DNA of 42,068 nt from positions 1 through 42,068 of the forward strand of contig CAYTTU010000104.1 of assembly GCA_964440905.1 (NCBI GenBank). Direction: 5' to 3'. This stretch comes from an uncultured Acidimicrobiia bacterium (GTDB lineage Bacteria > Actinomycetota > Acidimicrobiia > Spongiisociales > UBA11373). Below the pieces are notes generated by a model. The model was given only the letters and a program-made list of their open reading frames with translations. It ran no database searches and was not told the origin of the DNA. Positions within the stretch are counted from its first letter, which is position 1, and every line of letters begins with the position of its first letter. Shown here piece after piece: positions 40,086 to 42,068 of this stretch. Position numbers and translations under genes: made by a program.

Positions 40086-41363
40086 TCAGGAGGCCGCAGC
40101 GACCGAGAAACTCGCCTCGTAGCTTCCATCAGAATCGGCCAGGCTGCCGCTGTCGCTGAACACCACCTCGCCGTTCACGGTGGCGGTCACGGTGAAGTCC
40201 ACCGCACCGGCACCGCACTCGGTCCAATAGTCCACGGTGATGGTGTACTCACCGAGCGGGGCAGACCCCGACGGCCACGAGATCGTCTCGGGCGGCGCCG
40301 GGGCCGCAACTTCGCAGTCCTTGTTGGCATCGTCGTCGAGATGACCGCCGGTGCTGGCGTCCGTGTCGTACCGCACCGTCTCACCGTTGGGATCGGTCAC
40401 CCAAAGATCGAGGTCGGCCGATCCGCTCCACTCCAGCACGATCTCGACGGCACCGAGGCCGACCGTCAGGGTGGCGGTGTCGCTGAATCCGGCGAAGCTG
40501 CCGGTCACCGTGTGGTCGCCGAGTCCGGTGGCCGAACAGGCGTTGGCCTCGCAGGTGCCGTCGGTGATCCCGTAGGCGGCATCCACCGAGCCCAGCGGGT
40601 CGCCGTCGGCGTCGAATCCGATGGCGGTGTACTCCTGGGCCTCTCCGGCGCCGACTTCGGCAGTCTCGGGTGAGATCTCTATGGAAGCGAGCGGTCCCGG
40701 AACATCGATGTCGCAATCGCCGTCCAGCTCGCACTGGTTGAACACGATCCAGTCGCCTTCGAAAAACTCGGGTGGGATCGGAACCGGAACGCCCACCGTG
40801 CCGTCGGGCTGGATGATCACCATCAGCCCAGTGAGCACCGCGATCGGCGTGCCGATGGTGTTGACGTTGACCTGACCGTCGACCACGGCCACCGCGGTGG
40901 TCCCATCGGGGTTGATGATGATGGCGTACACCGTGCCCTGCACCGAAGCGGTGGCGGTGGGGGTGACGACGTCGAAACGGCTGGCGGAGTCGGTGAGGGC
41001 CACCACCCGGGTGTAGGTGCTGCCCGATTCCTGTTCGGCCTCGATCACCTTCGACTCATCCTCGTTGTCGAGAATCTCGAGAGTGGTGATGGTGAAAGTG
41101 GTGTTGGAGTCGAGGCGGGTGACGCTCCCATCGAAGTACTCGATCGCCGCCCGGCCGTCGGCCCCGGTGCGAATGGTGTAGCCGGCATCGAGGGCCTGCC
41201 CCTCGGTGGCCGGGGCGAAGCCGCCCCCTCCGGCCTGCACCTCGACGGTGCCGCCGAGGATGCGGAGCGAGGCGGTGGCCTCGGTCCCGCTACCCGAGTC
41301 GCGGGCACAGCCCGCAGCCAGGATGAAGAACAGGCTCAGGCCGACGAGAGACAACCTACGCAT
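40086..41363 (-). CDS. secreted lipoprotein with FecR domain, Big_2 Ig-like domain and a C-terminal beta-rich domain
   Basis: 425 aa. Signal/lipobox LFFILAAGC. FecR-like GYTIRTGADGRAAIEYFDGSVTRLDSNTTF. Big_2-like IEISPETAEVGAGEAQEYTAIGFD...ATLTV. The tail with DLDLWVTDPNGE is reminiscent of DUF2135 (low confidence). Confidence 0.7.
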   Translation of the reverse strand: MRRLSLVGLSLFFILAAGCARDSGSGTEATASLRILGGTVEVQAGGGGFAPATEGQALDAGYTIRTGADGRAAIEYFDGSVTRLDSNTTFTITTLEILDNEDESKVIEAEQESGSTYTRVVALTDSASRFDVVTPTATASVQGTVYAIIINPDGTTAVAVVDGQVNVNTIGTPIAVLTGLMVIIQPDGTVGVPVPIPPEFFEGDWIVFNQCELDGDCDIDVPGPLASIEISPETAEVGAGEAQEYTAIGFDADGDPLGSVDAAYGITDGTCEANACSATGLGDHTVTGSFAGFSDTATLTVGLGAVEIVLEWSGSADLDLWVTDPNGETVRYDTDASTGGHLDDDANKDCEVAAPAPPETISWPSGSAPLGEYTITVDYWTECGAGAVDFTVTATVNGEVVFSDSGSLADSDGSYEASFSVAAAS

Positions 41364-41456
41364 GGTGTTTGGACCTTCCCAATTCGCGAAACCCGACCGA
41401 CTCCAGCCGGGATGCTAGCCGTTGCCTCGTTTCGATGCGTACCAGGGGCAGAATCC

Positions 41457-41475
41457 CCTTCGCCGCGGCCGAAGG
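41457..41475 (-). terminator. short hairpin CCTTCG-n7-CGAAGG downstream of the hydrolase gene
   Basis: A 6-bp stem located 36 nt after the stop at 41511. No U-tract. Weak call. Confidence 0.25.
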
Positions 41476-41510
41476 TCTGTTTCAGAGGGTGAGCGAATAG
41501 GCCCGCCCGC

Positions 41511-42068
41511 TCAGCCCGAGTCCGACCAGAACTCCGTGAGGAGTCGGTTGAACGCCTCCGGGGCCTCCAGGGGCGGCAGGTGCCCGGCCTCGGGAACCAC
41601 TTCCAGGCGGGCTCCGGGCACGGCCTCTGCCAGGGCGGCAGCCTGGTCCGCCGGGATGAGGCGATCCTCGGCCCCGGAGACGACCAAAGTGGGGACCGTG
41701 ATCCCGCCGAGCAGGGCGGTGCGATCCTTACGGTCCCGCATCCCTCTCAGAACCGCCACGGCGGTCTCGTAGGGAGTGTCCTCGACCATGGTGCGCAGCC
41801 GCGCTTGGGCTGCCAGGCCGGCCCCGGGTGCGAGCAGGGCCGGAACCAGCTCGTCGGCGAGGGCCACCCGCCCCTTCTCCACGATCCGGGCCGCCGAGGC
41901 GTCCCGCGCGGTGCGCCCCGCGGGGTTATCGGCGCCGGCACGGGTGTCGACCAGGGTCAAGGTGCGCACCACCTCGGGGCGTGACTCCCACAGGGCGAGC
42001 GCCACGTAGCCACCCATGGACAGCCCGACCACATCGGCCCGGTCCTCGCCCAGGGCGGCGACGAGCCC
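41511..42068 (-). CDS. alpha/beta hydrolase (3-oxoadipate enol-lactonase-like), 5'-truncated by the window edge
   Basis: The reading frame stays open to the window end. GLSMGG nucleophile elbow, a C-terminal GHLPPLEAPE His region, and a stop at 41511. Confidence 0.8.
   Translation of the reverse strand, partial: GLVAALGEDRADVVGLSMGGYVALALWESRPEVVRTLTLVDTRAGADNPAGRTARDASAARIVEKGRVALADELVPALLAPGAGLAAQARLRTMVEDTPYETAVAVLRGMRDRKDRTALLGGITVPTLVVSGAEDRLIPADQAAALAEAVPGARLEVVPEAGHLPPLEAPEAFNRLLTEFWSDSG

Noticed and set aside
1-42068. Genomic island, prophage or IS element
   Set aside because: There is no integrase, transposase, phage structural gene or flanking tRNA. The gene content is housekeeping. 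The only mobile-looking sequences are the small non-autonomous repeats reported above.

Overview
The window is a clearly high-GC, very gene-dense bacterial chromosome segment (G+C judged by eye, not computed). It looks actinobacterial: an AdnA/AdnB helicase-nuclease pair, an InhA-type FabI, many GTG starts and many 4-nt start/stop overlaps. I support 33 protein-coding genes and found no rRNA, tRNA, CRISPR array, transposase or integrase.

Gene content:
- A long minus-strand housekeeping run: YfhO-like membrane protein, bPH_2/SHOCT protein, acyl-CoA ligase, YbaK, small membrane protein, FabI, Ddl.
- An MFS transporter, a stand-alone RecB-family nuclease and Gdh.
- AdnA-AdnB-PlsY, translationally coupled.
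- Dtd, then a CPA2 antiporter coupled to an RCK + tandem-USP protein, then YchF.
- A NatAB-like ABC-2 exporter and a family III CoA-transferase.
- A contiguous nurA-herA-sbcD-sbcC double-strand-break resection cluster.
- A UMF1 MFS transporter and an amino-acid ABC importer.
- A CHASE2 adenylate cyclase next to a FecR/Big_2 lipoprotein.
- Two alpha/beta hydrolases.

The most unusual content is non-coding:
- The only large gene-free gap (9058-10161) holds two diverged tandem copies of a ~315-bp element. It is rich in hairpins and shows compensatory stem changes between the copies. I do not recognise it. It could be a new structured RNA or a MITE/BIME-like mosaic.
- A ~50-bp relative of its right-hand end sits at 1729-1780.
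- These elements and several other gene junctions are embedded in tandem heptanucleotide repeat arrays, drawn from about six recurring 7-bp unit families at nine or more loci. The arrays resemble cyanobacterial STRR repeats. One is an 11-unit G-quadruplex-type array, two supply the last codons of genes, and one shared 13-mer brackets nurA-herA.

All calls rest on reading the sequence and the supplied translations. No database search was run.
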